Source: an uncultured Candidatus Saccharibacteria bacterium (GTDB lineage: Bacteria; Patescibacteriota; Minisyncoccia; UBA6257; 2-01-FULL-56-20). Taken from it: a stretch of DNA of 64,000 bases. The DNA lies in the NCBI GenBank assembly GCA_964530925.1, contig CAZHBZ010000002.1, positions 3,621 through 67,620 of the forward strand. Reading direction: 5' to 3'. Within the stretch, counting starts at the first letter, position 1; each line of letters starts with the position of its first letter. The position numbers and the translations under genes are program-made. A model generated the notes under the pieces. It saw only the letters and a list, made by a program, of their open reading frames with translations, did no database searches and was not told the origin of the DNA. Positions 17,823 through 26,860 of the stretch are shown piece after piece.

Positions 17823-19136
17823 ATGTCTAGCCTAAAGAAAACCGCCCTATTTCTTGGAGATACGGTTATTTTGTATGTCTCGCTCGCGGCGACGCTTTTT
17901 ATCCGCTACCGTGGCGAGAACCTCCCGACCTATTTCAACACCCACCTTCTCCCGTTTTCCTTAATCTTTATAGTGTGGCTTACAATCTTCTACGTCGCCG
18001 ACCTATATAAGCATTCGACATTCAGAACTCGCGGAGCGTTATTCAGCTCTCTTTTTAGCTCGGTTTTTATCTCTGGCATTTCCTCCGTTATTATTTTTTA
18101 TATTTTCGGCGGCTTTTTTGAATTGACGCCAAAAACCAATCTGGCGATTTTCTCCGCGGTATTCCTCGCCTTGGATTATCTTATGCGCAGCGCTTTCCTC
18201 GGACTATTCCGTTCCGGCGCGATAAACATCGTCGTCTTGGGAGATTCTCCGCTAATCAAGGAGGCTCTTGCCGGGCTCAAAGATAATCCGCAGGCTGGAT
18301 ATAAAGTAATTCATTGGTTCAATGATTTCAGCGAAGACTCTCTTCCTTCTTTGTCCGAAATAGTAAGATCCGGCCGGGCGGAGCTTGTTGTCATCCAACC
18401 CAAACTTGTTTCCGACCCAAAAACAATTGCCGCTCTATACGACTTGCTCCCGATGGGAATCAATCTTATGAACTTCTCTGATTTTTATGAAGCCATTTTC
18501 GAAAAAGTTCCACTCGAAGAAGTCGAGGAGGGATGGTTCGTAGAACACATAGCCCCCCGCCGCCCAATATATGATCGCGTCAAACGCCTCACTGACATTC
18601 TGTTTGCTTCGCTTGGCGGCCTTATCCTCCTCCCCTTCGCCCTCCTTATCGCGATAATCATAAAAACAACCTCGCGCGGACCCCTTATATACAAGCAAGC
18701 GCGGCTTGGCCGGGGCGGCAAGATATTCACGCTCTATAAATTCCGCAGTATGACCACTAACCAAGAGGGGCCGCTCTGGACGGAAAAAAATGATTCTCGC
18801 ATAACTAGATTCGGGCGAATAATTCGTTTTACCCATCTGGATGAAATTCCGCAATTTTGGAACATTCTCAAAGGAAATATTTCGATCGTGGGTCCCCGTC
18901 CGGAAGCCGTGGGTCTCGCGGAAAAATATTCGGAGTTCCCCTACTACGAGATACGCCATATTATTCCTCCGGGATTGACTGGTTGGGCGCAGACGCATTT
19001 CCGCCCCAGCGCCTCCATGTCGGAAGCCTGGGAAAAACTGCGCTACGACATCTACTATGTAAAAAACCGTTCCTTTGTCCTGGATTTTCTCATAATCCTA
19101 AAGACCCTCAAATACTTCTTCGCGAATCACGATTAA
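17823..19136 (+). CDS. polyprenyl-phosphate sugar-1-phosphate transferase (WbaP/CpsE-type initiating 'bacterial sugar transferase')
   Basis: N-terminal TM block plus the conserved C-terminal catalytic domain (KRLTDILFASLGGLILLPF..., YKFRSM, GPRPE..., PGLTGWAQ). Confidence 0.92.
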   Translation: MSSLKKTALFLGDTVILYVSLAATLFIRYRGENLPTYFNTHLLPFSLIFIVWLTIFYVADLYKHSTFRTRGALFSSLFSSVFISGISSVIIFYIFGGFFELTPKTNLAIFSAVFLALDYLMRSAFLGLFRSGAINIVVLGDSPLIKEALAGLKDNPQAGYKVIHWFNDFSEDSLPSLSEIVRSGRAELVVIQPKLVSDPKTIAALYDLLPMGINLMNFSDFYEAIFEKVPLEEVEEGWFVEHIAPRRPIYDRVKRLTDILFASLGGLILLPFALLIAIIIKTTSRGPLIYKQARLGRGGKIFTLYKFRSMTTNQEGPLWTEKNDSRITRFGRIIRFTHLDEIPQFWNILKGNISIVGPRPEAVGLAEKYSEFPYYEIRHIIPPGLTGWAQTHFRPSASMSEAWEKLRYDIYYVKNRSFVLDFLIILKTLKYFFANHD

Positions 19137-19144
19137 TCTTCCGA

Positions 19145-20629
19145 ATGCTTAAGCGCATAAAATCCTGGCTTTTTGAAAATCGCCACACAAGACAAACTGT
19201 TGTTAAAAACACCATTTGGCTTTCCATAGGCACGATTGCGAGCCGTGTCATTAAAGCCATAATAATAATTTACGCAGCCCGCGTTATGGGCACGGAAAGT
19301 TACGGTATCTTTTCTTACGCCTTGAGCCTCGCGGCAATGTTCTCTCTGTTCGCGGACATAGGCACGGGCGGAATCCTAACAAGAGAAGTTTCGCGCGATC
19401 CTGCCACGCTAGAAAAAAATCTCTCTTCTTCTTTTGTTATCAAAATCAGCCTGTTGTTGTTCAGCATGTTCTTGGTCGGCGGAGTAGCTCCGCTCTTTTC
19501 CGCGATAAAGGGCGCGGACTCCCTCATGCCTCTTGCGGCGCTTCTCATCGCCTTTGACGCTCTTCGGGAATTCGGCTTCAGTATCACGAGGGCATGGCAA
19601 AAAATGGAAATTGAGGCCGGAATAAATATGGTTACCGGCATCGGAATCACCATTTTCGGACTGATTGCTTTATGGATCAAACCTACCCCGTTCGTTCTTA
19701 TGGTGGGCTACGTTCTCGGTTCCGGCCTCGGGCTTTTAATTGCCGCGATTCTTTTAGGGAAATATCTCAAAAATTTCTGGAAAAATTTTGATTGGCAACA
19801 CACCAAAAATATGCTGGCGATAGCGTTGCCCTTCGCAATCGGCGGAGTACTTAACGCGCTAACGGTGAATACGGATGCCGTAATGATCGGCTGGCTCCGC
19901 GGGGCAAGCGATGTTGGTCTTTATGCAGCCGCACAAAGACCAATTCTGCTGATTTATATGGCCTCCTCCCTCTTGGCGACAAGCGTTTTCCCGATAATGA
20001 TGAAATCTATAGGAAAGGATGAGCAGCGCGTAAAATTGATATTCGAAAAAACAATGACTATTTCTTTTCTGGCTAGCATGCCGATATTTGTAGGTGGCGC
20101 GATTCTTGCACCCCAAATAATCTCTTTTATATTCGGCTCGCAATACACTAGCGCATCAGCGACGTTCGCAACACTACTATTCACAGTTGTTATGGTCTTC
20201 GCCGCCGCCAACCTCATTAACGGCATATTCGCCTACAACAAACAAAAGATGCTGGTCACTTATTTGATAATCGGAGGAGTCGGGAATGTCCTCCTCGATT
20301 ATCTCTTAATTCCTTCGTTTGGAATATTAGGCTCAGCTATCGCGACAATAATCTCCCAAGGGTCGGCTTATGGATACCTTTGGTACCAACTGAAAAAAAT
20401 TAATAATTTCCACACCCTCAAATATCTGACCAAGGGATTCGCGGCTGTCGGCATAATGGGCCTGTCCACATTCTTAATGGGAATGGTGCATATAAACGTT
20501 ATCGCCAATGTGGCAATTTCCGCAATCGTATACTTCGGGGCTTTAATTCTTCTTAAGGAAGAAATGGTGGAAGAAGTAAAATCTATTTTCCACCTCGGAA
20601 ATGCAGCTTCCTCTTCCGCGGGAGTCTAG
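19145..20629 (+). CDS. polysaccharide flippase (Wzx, MOP/MATE-like superfamily)
   Basis: 494 aa, about 12-14 TM helices, typical 'polysaccharide biosynthesis protein' architecture; the ATG at 19145 avoids overlap with the upstream gene. Confidence 0.8.
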   Translation: MLKRIKSWLFENRHTRQTVVKNTIWLSIGTIASRVIKAIIIIYAARVMGTESYGIFSYALSLAAMFSLFADIGTGGILTREVSRDPATLEKNLSSSFVIKISLLLFSMFLVGGVAPLFSAIKGADSLMPLAALLIAFDALREFGFSITRAWQKMEIEAGINMVTGIGITIFGLIALWIKPTPFVLMVGYVLGSGLGLLIAAILLGKYLKNFWKNFDWQHTKNMLAIALPFAIGGVLNALTVNTDAVMIGWLRGASDVGLYAAAQRPILLIYMASSLLATSVFPIMMKSIGKDEQRVKLIFEKTMTISFLASMPIFVGGAILAPQIISFIFGSQYTSASATFATLLFTVVMVFAAANLINGIFAYNKQKMLVTYLIIGGVGNVLLDYLLIPSFGILGSAIATIISQGSAYGYLWYQLKKINNFHTLKYLTKGFAAVGIMGLSTFLMGMVHINVIANVAISAIVYFGALILLKEEMVEEVKSIFHLGNAASSSAGV

Positions 20630-21852
20630 TTCCGTCTCCCAGAAATTATCTCCCTTATCCTCTGAACTGCAAACTCTAACGAAAGATTCTTCTCGGCGTA
20701 TTCGCGCCCATGCTGCCCCATTGTCGCCATTTCTTGTTCGCTTTTGGCGGCTAATTCACGAATATTTTTTTCTGCGGTTTCCATATCCCCAGCCACGGAA
20801 GCCAACCCGCAATTCGTTTTTGATACCAGCTCGAAAGCGTCGCTCTCCTTATTTAAAAATGCCAATATGGGCTTCCCCGCGGCCATATAGCCCAAAAATT
20901 TGCCCGGAACAAATGGGGTTTTGTTCTGGGAGCTCAAACAGACAATGCCCACATCGGCAATCGCCGCCAGATCCGGATAATCTTCCTTAGAAACAAAACC
21001 TTGAAGAGAAATATTCTTAAGTCCATATCTCTCCATGGCGGCCGCTACTTTTGGCTTTTCCATTCCATCGCCCACCAGCAAAAAGACGGTGTTCTCAATA
21101 TCTTTAACCTTATTTGCGACTTCAACCAAAAACTCCATTCCCTGCGCCGGACCCATAATACCGGCAAATAAAAATATTTTTTTACCTTCCAGGCCGTAAA
21201 TTTTTCGGAAATCTTTCTGAGCCGGCCTCCCGTACTCTCCCAGATCTATCCAGTTTTCCAAAGTGACTATCTTATTTTCCGGAACATGCTTCTTCTCTAT
21301 CAAAAACTTCCTGCCTCCAGCCGAATGAAAAGTTATAACGTCCGCGCTCTTATACGCAAATTTTTCAATCGCCTCAAAAAATTTTATAGCCAGGCCGTTC
21401 TTTAATATTCCCAAATCAATGGCATTTTGAGGGAAGATATCCTGAAGATTTAACAAAAACTTTGCCCCATACTTCCTTTTGATGAGCGCACCGGCAATCG
21501 GGAGAGTCACCGGGGGGCTATACACTATCACTCCATCCAAGTTTTTCCCCGCGTATTTTCTTGCCTTACGAAACACCAAAAATGGCAGAAGCAACTGGGA
21601 GACACCCCTAATTATGAAATTAACCTTCTTAAGCGGCGGAGTTTTTATTCTAATTACTTTTATGCCGCCCTCGTCCATAAATTCATCGAATTTCCCGGCG
21701 AGAGACTTGTCCGCCAAGTAATGCTTGGGATGCGTGGTGGCAACAATTACTTCGTCGCCCCGAGCCGCAAGCCCCTGCGAAAGCTCCTGAATCAAACTTG
21801 CCGCTGAGGACACCTCCGGCGGATAAACATCGGCGATTATGAGTATCTTCAT
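20626..21852 (-). CDS. GT4 glycosyltransferase (WbuB-like, putative L-FucNAc transferase)
   Basis: GT-B GT4 architecture (MKILIIADVYPPEVSSAA...E...G motifs); sits directly downstream of the fnlC-like gene, as in fnlABC-wbuB clusters. Confidence 0.8.
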   Translation of the reverse strand: MKILIIADVYPPEVSSAASLIQELSQGLAARGDEVIVATTHPKHYLADKSLAGKFDEFMDEGGIKVIRIKTPPLKKVNFIIRGVSQLLLPFLVFRKARKYAGKNLDGVIVYSPPVTLPIAGALIKRKYGAKFLLNLQDIFPQNAIDLGILKNGLAIKFFEAIEKFAYKSADVITFHSAGGRKFLIEKKHVPENKIVTLENWIDLGEYGRPAQKDFRKIYGLEGKKIFLFAGIMGPAQGMEFLVEVANKVKDIENTVFLLVGDGMEKPKVAAAMERYGLKNISLQGFVSKEDYPDLAAIADVGIVCLSSQNKTPFVPGKFLGYMAAGKPILAFLNKESDAFELVSKTNCGLASVAGDMETAEKNIRELAAKSEQEMATMGQHGREYAEKNLSLEFAVQRIREIISGRRN

Positions 21853-22985
21853 TATAGGGCGCGCTTTTTCTTGAGTATCCTCGTCAGACCAACTATATGC
21901 CTCAGCACCTTGCTTGAAACGTTCGTATCTCGATAATTGCGCGGAACGTTCATTTTTACACCTCGAGCTCGTTCTCCCACCGTCACATCTATGGCAAGCA
22001 AGATCGCGTCCCTGCTTCGTCCGGCGAGAATCGCCACTCCCTCATCAAACGCTTCCGGCCTCTCGGAACTGACCCTCATTTGTACCGCCGGAAAATCCAT
22101 CGCCGCGGATTCTTCGTGGATACTCCCGCTATCGGAGATAACGCAAAACGCTTCTCTCTGAAGTTTATTGAAATCAAAATATCCGAAAGGTTTGTGGAAG
22201 TTTATAAGTTCATTCGCCTTCATTCCATATTCTTCCAACCTCTTGGCGGTCCTCGGATGCGTGCTCATGATTATCGGCATTTTGTACTCCTCCGCTACCG
22301 CGTTCAAAGAATCAATGAGCTCCGTAAAAGACTCTTTGGAATCCACGTTTTCTTCCCGATGGATAGTCGCCACAAAATATTTTTTGGGCTCGAGTTTTAA
22401 CTCTTCCAGTATTTTGGATGCATCCACCCCATCCTTATATGCGGCAAAAACTTCCGTAAGTGGGGTGCCGGTGACAAATATGGTGCCCGGGGGTATTCCT
22501 TCTTGGATAAGATACTGCCTCGCGTTTTCGCTGTACGGCAAATTTATGTCGCTTATGTGGTCCACAATACGGCGATTTATTTCTTCCGGCAGATGTTCGT
22601 CGAAAGAACGGTTGCCGGCTTCCATATGAAAAATGGGGATACGAAGGCGCTTGGCTATTATCGCGGCGAGCGCGCTATTAGTATCACCCAAGATAAGCAC
22701 CGAATCCGGATTTTCCTTTTTTATAACCTCCTCGCTCTTTTCTATTATTTTCGCGATCTGGCCTCCAAGAGTTTCCGACTTAACCTCTAAAAAGTAGTCC
22801 GGCTTCCTGACCCTCAGGTCGTCGAAAAACACTTGGTTCATTTCGTAATCGTAGCTCTGCCCGGTATGCACCATTATGTGTTCAACATATTCATCCAACT
22901 TCGCAAAGACCCGCGATAAACGAATTATCTCCGGCCTCGTGCCGAAGATGGTCATAACTTTCAGCTTTTTAGAATTGGTCTTCAT
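21852..22985 (-). CDS. UDP-N-acetylglucosamine 2-epimerase (non-hydrolysing; FnlC/Cap5G/WecB-like)
   Basis: 377 aa; GTRPEIIRL..., HxEAG, ...DSGSI(H)EE blocks of the UDP-GlcNAc 2-epimerase family. Confidence 0.9.
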   Translation of the reverse strand: MKTNSKKLKVMTIFGTRPEIIRLSRVFAKLDEYVEHIMVHTGQSYDYEMNQVFFDDLRVRKPDYFLEVKSETLGGQIAKIIEKSEEVIKKENPDSVLILGDTNSALAAIIAKRLRIPIFHMEAGNRSFDEHLPEEINRRIVDHISDINLPYSENARQYLIQEGIPPGTIFVTGTPLTEVFAAYKDGVDASKILEELKLEPKKYFVATIHREENVDSKESFTELIDSLNAVAEEYKMPIIMSTHPRTAKRLEEYGMKANELINFHKPFGYFDFNKLQREAFCVISDSGSIHEESAAMDFPAVQMRVSSERPEAFDEGVAILAGRSRDAILLAIDVTVGERARGVKMNVPRNYRDTNVSSKVLRHIVGLTRILKKKRAL

Positions 22986-22993
22986 TTTTTATT

Positions 22994-23380
22994 TTATACT
23001 TCCTCCGGAAAAGTGTCTGGATTTTCGGGGTCAAATACCTCATTTACCCAAACAACCAGCCCCATCTCTCCTTCGCCGATATTTTTAATATTGTGCGTCC
23101 AATTGAGCGGCATATCAATGATGGTCGGATTTTCGCCAGAAACATCAAACTCCGCTTTTTCGCCGGTTTCTCTGTTCCGGAGCGATATCTTAGCCCTCCC
23201 TTTGACCACACAGAAACGCTCCACCTTGTGCTTCAAGTGATAGTGATTTCCTCGAGTTTTGCCGGGATGCGTTGTGGAATAGAAAACCTGGCCAATCCCC
23301 GGAAATTTAAAAAGCTCCGCCAAGCTCCCTCGCTCATCGGACTTCCAGTCCAACTTTTCCACCTTAATTTCCTGGGACAT
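22994..23380 (-). CDS. cupin-domain protein corresponding to the C-terminal domain of FnlB/Cap5F/WbjC-type reductase
   Basis: Double-stranded beta-helix motifs (GxHYH...N.G....V...E); ATG at 23378-23380 (MSQEIKV) overlaps the upstream SDR ORF stop by 17 nt. Confidence 0.7.
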   Translation of the reverse strand: MSQEIKVEKLDWKSDERGSLAELFKFPGIGQVFYSTTHPGKTRGNHYHLKHKVERFCVVKGRAKISLRNRETGEKAEFDVSGENPTIIDMPLNWTHNIKNIGEGEMGLVVWVNEVFDPENPDTFPEEV

Positions 23381-24110
23381 ATGACAAATATACCTTATAT
23401 AATATTTTTTCCAACTTAGTCTCGGGCTTGATGGAGCCTTCGGCAAATCCCTCCATAAGCTCCGCGAGCCGTCCCACAGAAATTTCGTCTTTAGAATCCA
23501 GCTTTTTAAAAAACAGTTTTTGCTTCCGTTTGGCCCGAACCTCTCGAGTCAGCTCTCTCACCACTTCTCCAACGTATAAAAGACGGATGGTTTTCTTTGG
23601 ATCGTTGATCGGCAACTTTTTCCCGCCTGCCGCTTCGCTAGCAAAAGTCGAAACCACCGAATTATAAAACGGTCTCCCTCCCTCCCCGAATAAATTCGTG
23701 AGCCGAAATATGGAAACCTTGATCCCGTGTTTCCTTGAGATTTCTTCCAAAAGATTTTCCGCCAAACGCTTGCTTCGCCCATAAACAGAATCGTTCTCCG
23801 CCTGCACTGAAGAAGTGAAAATTATTTTTGCCTTCGGATTATTCGCCCAAACCGCCTCAGCCAGATTAAAGGTGGTTATGATGCTTCCGGCTACTACTTC
23901 CGCGTCCGTTCCCCGGTTGACGGCGGCGGCATGGATTATGACATCCGAACTTTTTACGAATTTTTTGAGTGCCGCCTGGGATGGGTGGACCAAGTTATTG
24001 TCCGGCAGGTCAAAATAAATGACCTTAAAACCCTCTTTCTTGAGAGTGTCGGAAAGATGCCTGCCTAAAAACCCTTTTCCGCCGGTTATTCCGACGGTTT
24101 TTCGATTCAT
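23364..24110 (-). CDS. short-chain dehydrogenase/reductase domain protein corresponding to the N-terminal domain of FnlB/Cap5F/WbjC
   Basis: Rossmann motif ITGGKGFLGRHL, catalytic Y..K (YGRSK); 248 aa; start overlaps the fnlA-like stop (ATGA). Confidence 0.8.
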   Translation of the reverse strand: MNRKTVGITGGKGFLGRHLSDTLKKEGFKVIYFDLPDNNLVHPSQAALKKFVKSSDVIIHAAAVNRGTDAEVVAGSIITTFNLAEAVWANNPKAKIIFTSSVQAENDSVYGRSKRLAENLLEEISRKHGIKVSIFRLTNLFGEGGRPFYNSVVSTFASEAAGGKKLPINDPKKTIRLLYVGEVVRELTREVRAKRKQKLFFKKLDSKDEISVGRLAELMEGFAEGSIKPETKLEKILYKVYLSYVPGN

Positions 24111-25153
24111 TTTCCTTGTGCTTTTAGTTCCGCCTTGACCTCATCCAAAGACAATATCAATTGCTTTGTCTCCTCTAGTGTCAATCGTCTGGTGTTCGCG
24201 GAAGTAAATCCCTCGTCCGGAAGATCTATTTTTTTGACCCCTTTAAAATAATAATCGCGATAATCAATTCCGTTGCCTTCCGGAACGATCTTGTAATACT
24301 CACCCATGTCTTCTGCGCGAAAAACTTCCTCCGAAGAAAGAAGAACTTCGTGCATTTTTTCTCCGGGACGAATTCCTATCTCTTCGACTCCGGCTTTATG
24401 ATCGAAAATGGAAACCAGCGCCTCGGCCACGTCCGCCATCGTAGAAGCTGGAGCTTTTCTTACATACATTTCTCCTTGCTTCCCATGAGCAAGCGCGAAC
24501 AATACAAGATCCGTCGCTTCTGACATCGGCATCATAAATCTGGTCATTTGATTGTGAGTGACCGTAAGAGGTTTGCCGGCTTTAATTTTACTCACGAAAT
24601 ACGGCAGCACGGACCCGCGCGTGTACATAACGTTTCCGTATCGGGTTCCGCAAACCACGGTTTTAGAATTATTCTCGCTCCGCGAGGCCGCGATCATAAC
24701 TCTTTCCATCAAGGCCTTGGTCATGCCCATCACGTTTATCGGGTACACAGCCTTGTCGGTCGAGAGTATGACAACCCGTTCCACACCATGGTGAATTGCC
24801 GCCTGAATCACATTGTGCGCTCCAAGCGCATTGGTCCTAATTGCTTCTACGGGAAAGAACTCGCAATTCGGAACCTGTTTTAAGGCCGCCGCGTGAAAAA
24901 CCAAGTCTATCCCTTTCATGAGATAGGTCACGGTGTCATGGTCGCGCACATCGCCCAAAACAAACTTAAGCCGGGGATCGTTAAATTTGTTCCCCATGTC
25001 GAATTGCTTTTTCTCATCCCGGCTGAAAATAATTATTTGTTTTGGCTCTAGCTTCAAAAGGCGTTCGGCCATGGCATTGCCAAAAGAACCGGTCCCGCCG
25101 GTTATAAGGATCGTTTTGCCGTTTATATTTTTGGCTACATCTTCTTCGCTCAT
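24107..25153 (-). CDS. UDP-N-acetylglucosamine 4,6-dehydratase/5-epimerase (FnlA/Cap5E/CapE-like)
   Basis: ILITGGTGSFG, MGMTKALMERV (CapD/PseB/FnlA family lysine-containing motif); 348 aa. Confidence 0.88.
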   Translation of the reverse strand: MSEEDVAKNINGKTILITGGTGSFGNAMAERLLKLEPKQIIIFSRDEKKQFDMGNKFNDPRLKFVLGDVRDHDTVTYLMKGIDLVFHAAALKQVPNCEFFPVEAIRTNALGAHNVIQAAIHHGVERVVILSTDKAVYPINVMGMTKALMERVMIAASRSENNSKTVVCGTRYGNVMYTRGSVLPYFVSKIKAGKPLTVTHNQMTRFMMPMSEATDLVLFALAHGKQGEMYVRKAPASTMADVAEALVSIFDHKAGVEEIGIRPGEKMHEVLLSSEEVFRAEDMGEYYKIVPEGNGIDYRDYYFKGVKKIDLPDEGFTSANTRRLTLEETKQLILSLDEVKAELKAQGK

Positions 25154-25200
25154 TTAAGTGTGTTTATTATAAATCGATTCTCAAAAATTGGCAAATGCTG

Positions 25201-26022
25201 CTACTTTGTCTTCTTCGCCCTTAGAATATTCACGTCCACCATCCACCTATACCAAAATCCTTGTAAAAAATGGAATCTCGTTCCGACCCAACCGTCCAAA
25301 AACCCAAGTTGGAAAAAATATCTATAGATGAAATACAGTATGACCCGCAAAAACGGCGGAAATTTATAATACACTCCCATTTTAAGGCGATAGTTCCGGC
25401 TGAACTCTCCATCTTCGAAAGTTTTATTTTTATCGCTCAAATATGCCCGCGCTTCGCGAACGGCATATTTTCTGTGCTTCTCTTTCCACTCCTCCAATCC
25501 TTTCAAATTATTATCAACAAAATCATTATTGAGCTTCTCGGTTGTTCCGCGCGTCAAAACCAGATGCTCATCCATCTCGCGCTCCTCGCTCTTGCCCCAC
25601 CCCTTCCGAAAAATTCGGAGGAGCCAGGTCGGATAATACCCCCCATGCCTTATCCACCGACCCAAAAAATAATTACGTCTTTTTATATAAAATCCGCCCA
25701 TGTTCGCGTCTGCCTCTGGAAGTTTTTCTAAAATTTCGGCTTTTAATTCCGGCAAAAGCTCCTCATCCGCGTCCAACCGCAAGATCCAATCTCCACTAAA
25801 CTCCAAATTCCCCAACGCCCAATTTAATTGATCTGCCTGATTTTTAAATTCGTGAACCACGAATTTAGCGCCGAATCTTTCCGCGATCTCTTTGGTTCCG
25901 TCAGTAGAACCCGAATCCACGATTATTATCTCCGACACCAGGTCCCCGGCACTCTCAAGACACTTCGAAAGGTTCGCTTCTTCGTTGTAGGTCAGAATCA
26001 AAAGTGAAATATTCGGCTTCAT
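25201..26022 (-). CDS. GT2 glycosyltransferase
   Basis: N-terminal LILTYNEE...VDSGSTDGT...LDADE (DxD) GT-A signature. Confidence 0.85.
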   Translation of the reverse strand: MKPNISLLILTYNEEANLSKCLESAGDLVSEIIIVDSGSTDGTKEIAERFGAKFVVHEFKNQADQLNWALGNLEFSGDWILRLDADEELLPELKAEILEKLPEADANMGGFYIKRRNYFLGRWIRHGGYYPTWLLRIFRKGWGKSEEREMDEHLVLTRGTTEKLNNDFVDNNLKGLEEWKEKHRKYAVREARAYLSDKNKTFEDGEFSRNYRLKMGVYYKFPPFLRVILYFIYRYFFQLGFLDGWVGTRFHFLQGFWYRWMVDVNILRAKKTK

Positions 26023-26044
26023 ATAGTGAGCTTACCTCGTGAAC

Positions 26045-26075
26045 GATTTTTTTACAAAAAGCTCCGGCTTGCGGC
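26045..26075 (-). terminator. intrinsic terminator downstream of CDS 26088-26789
   Basis: GCTCCGGC-ttgc-GCCGGAGC: perfect 8-bp stem followed in minus sense by UUUUUGUAAAAAAA. Confidence 0.6.
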
Positions 26076-26087
26076 CGGAGCGTGATT

Positions 26088-26789
26088 TCAGTACTTGTCG
26101 TTCCTGTTGCGCAGGGTGTCAGTTAGCCAGTCTGCCAAAAGCTTCGTATTCGGAATGACGCAATGCCCGCCGATCTTTCCGGGCATAGCCTTCAAGACGG
26201 GCCTTACCACCTGCGGCATTCCAAGCTCTCTATACCCTCGGTTATAGTCGCTATTCGGTTCGGTATATACCTCTTCAAAATCTAGACCCAGCTCATCACA
26301 GATGCGTTTCGCTTCCTTGGCGAAGACGATATTCCAACCGTAATAGGTGGTATCAAGAATCTTCAAAAGTTCCGTGGTTTCCGGTTTCGGAAAAGTTTTT
26401 GTTTTGACACCTGCGGCTTCGAAATCCGCAGCCGCTTCAAGGGCCCTGGCTCCTCCGAAATATTTTTCGAAGGTCAGGATCCCCTTGGCGAGATGCGGGT
26501 GAACTCCGCGAATCGGGCTATGGACCGCGTTCTGTCCGATTTTCCGGGTCGTGCCGACGGGCACCGTGGAATGGACGACAACGATTTCAGGATGATACTG
26601 CCGGACATAGTTCTTCGCGGCCCGCACAAATCCCTTGCCCGGCGGGAAACAGATATGCAGAACTCCAAAGCTTCCCTTCGGACCTCCCTCCACATCGCGA
26701 ATTTCCACGGACCACCGCCCTCCCAAGACCTCCTTGAGGGCGACACCAACCTCCCCCGCGCCAACGATAAGATGCGTGCGATTTTTCAA
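26088..26789 (-). CDS. short (233 aa) homologue of nucleotide-sugar dehydrogenase (UDP-glucose/GDP-mannose dehydrogenase family) lacking most of the C-terminal domain
   Basis: LIVGAGEVG Rossmann, VVVHSTVPVGTT (UGDH NAD-domain hallmark), central-helix-like TTELLKILDTTYYGWNIVFAKEA..., catalytic-Cys-like GGHCVIPNTK; conspicuously GC-rich with antisense ORFs. Confidence 0.6.
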   Translation of the reverse strand: MKNRTHLIVGAGEVGVALKEVLGGRWSVEIRDVEGGPKGSFGVLHICFPPGKGFVRAAKNYVRQYHPEIVVVHSTVPVGTTRKIGQNAVHSPIRGVHPHLAKGILTFEKYFGGARALEAAADFEAAGVKTKTFPKPETTELLKILDTTYYGWNIVFAKEAKRICDELGLDFEEVYTEPNSDYNRGYRELGMPQVVRPVLKAMPGKIGGHCVIPNTKLLADWLTDTLRNRNDKY

Positions 26790-26860
26790 AGGAATGCCTC
26801 CTTCCTATTAGATTCTTTACTAACACCATATTCTCCGAAGAGATGCGCTAAGTCAAGAAA

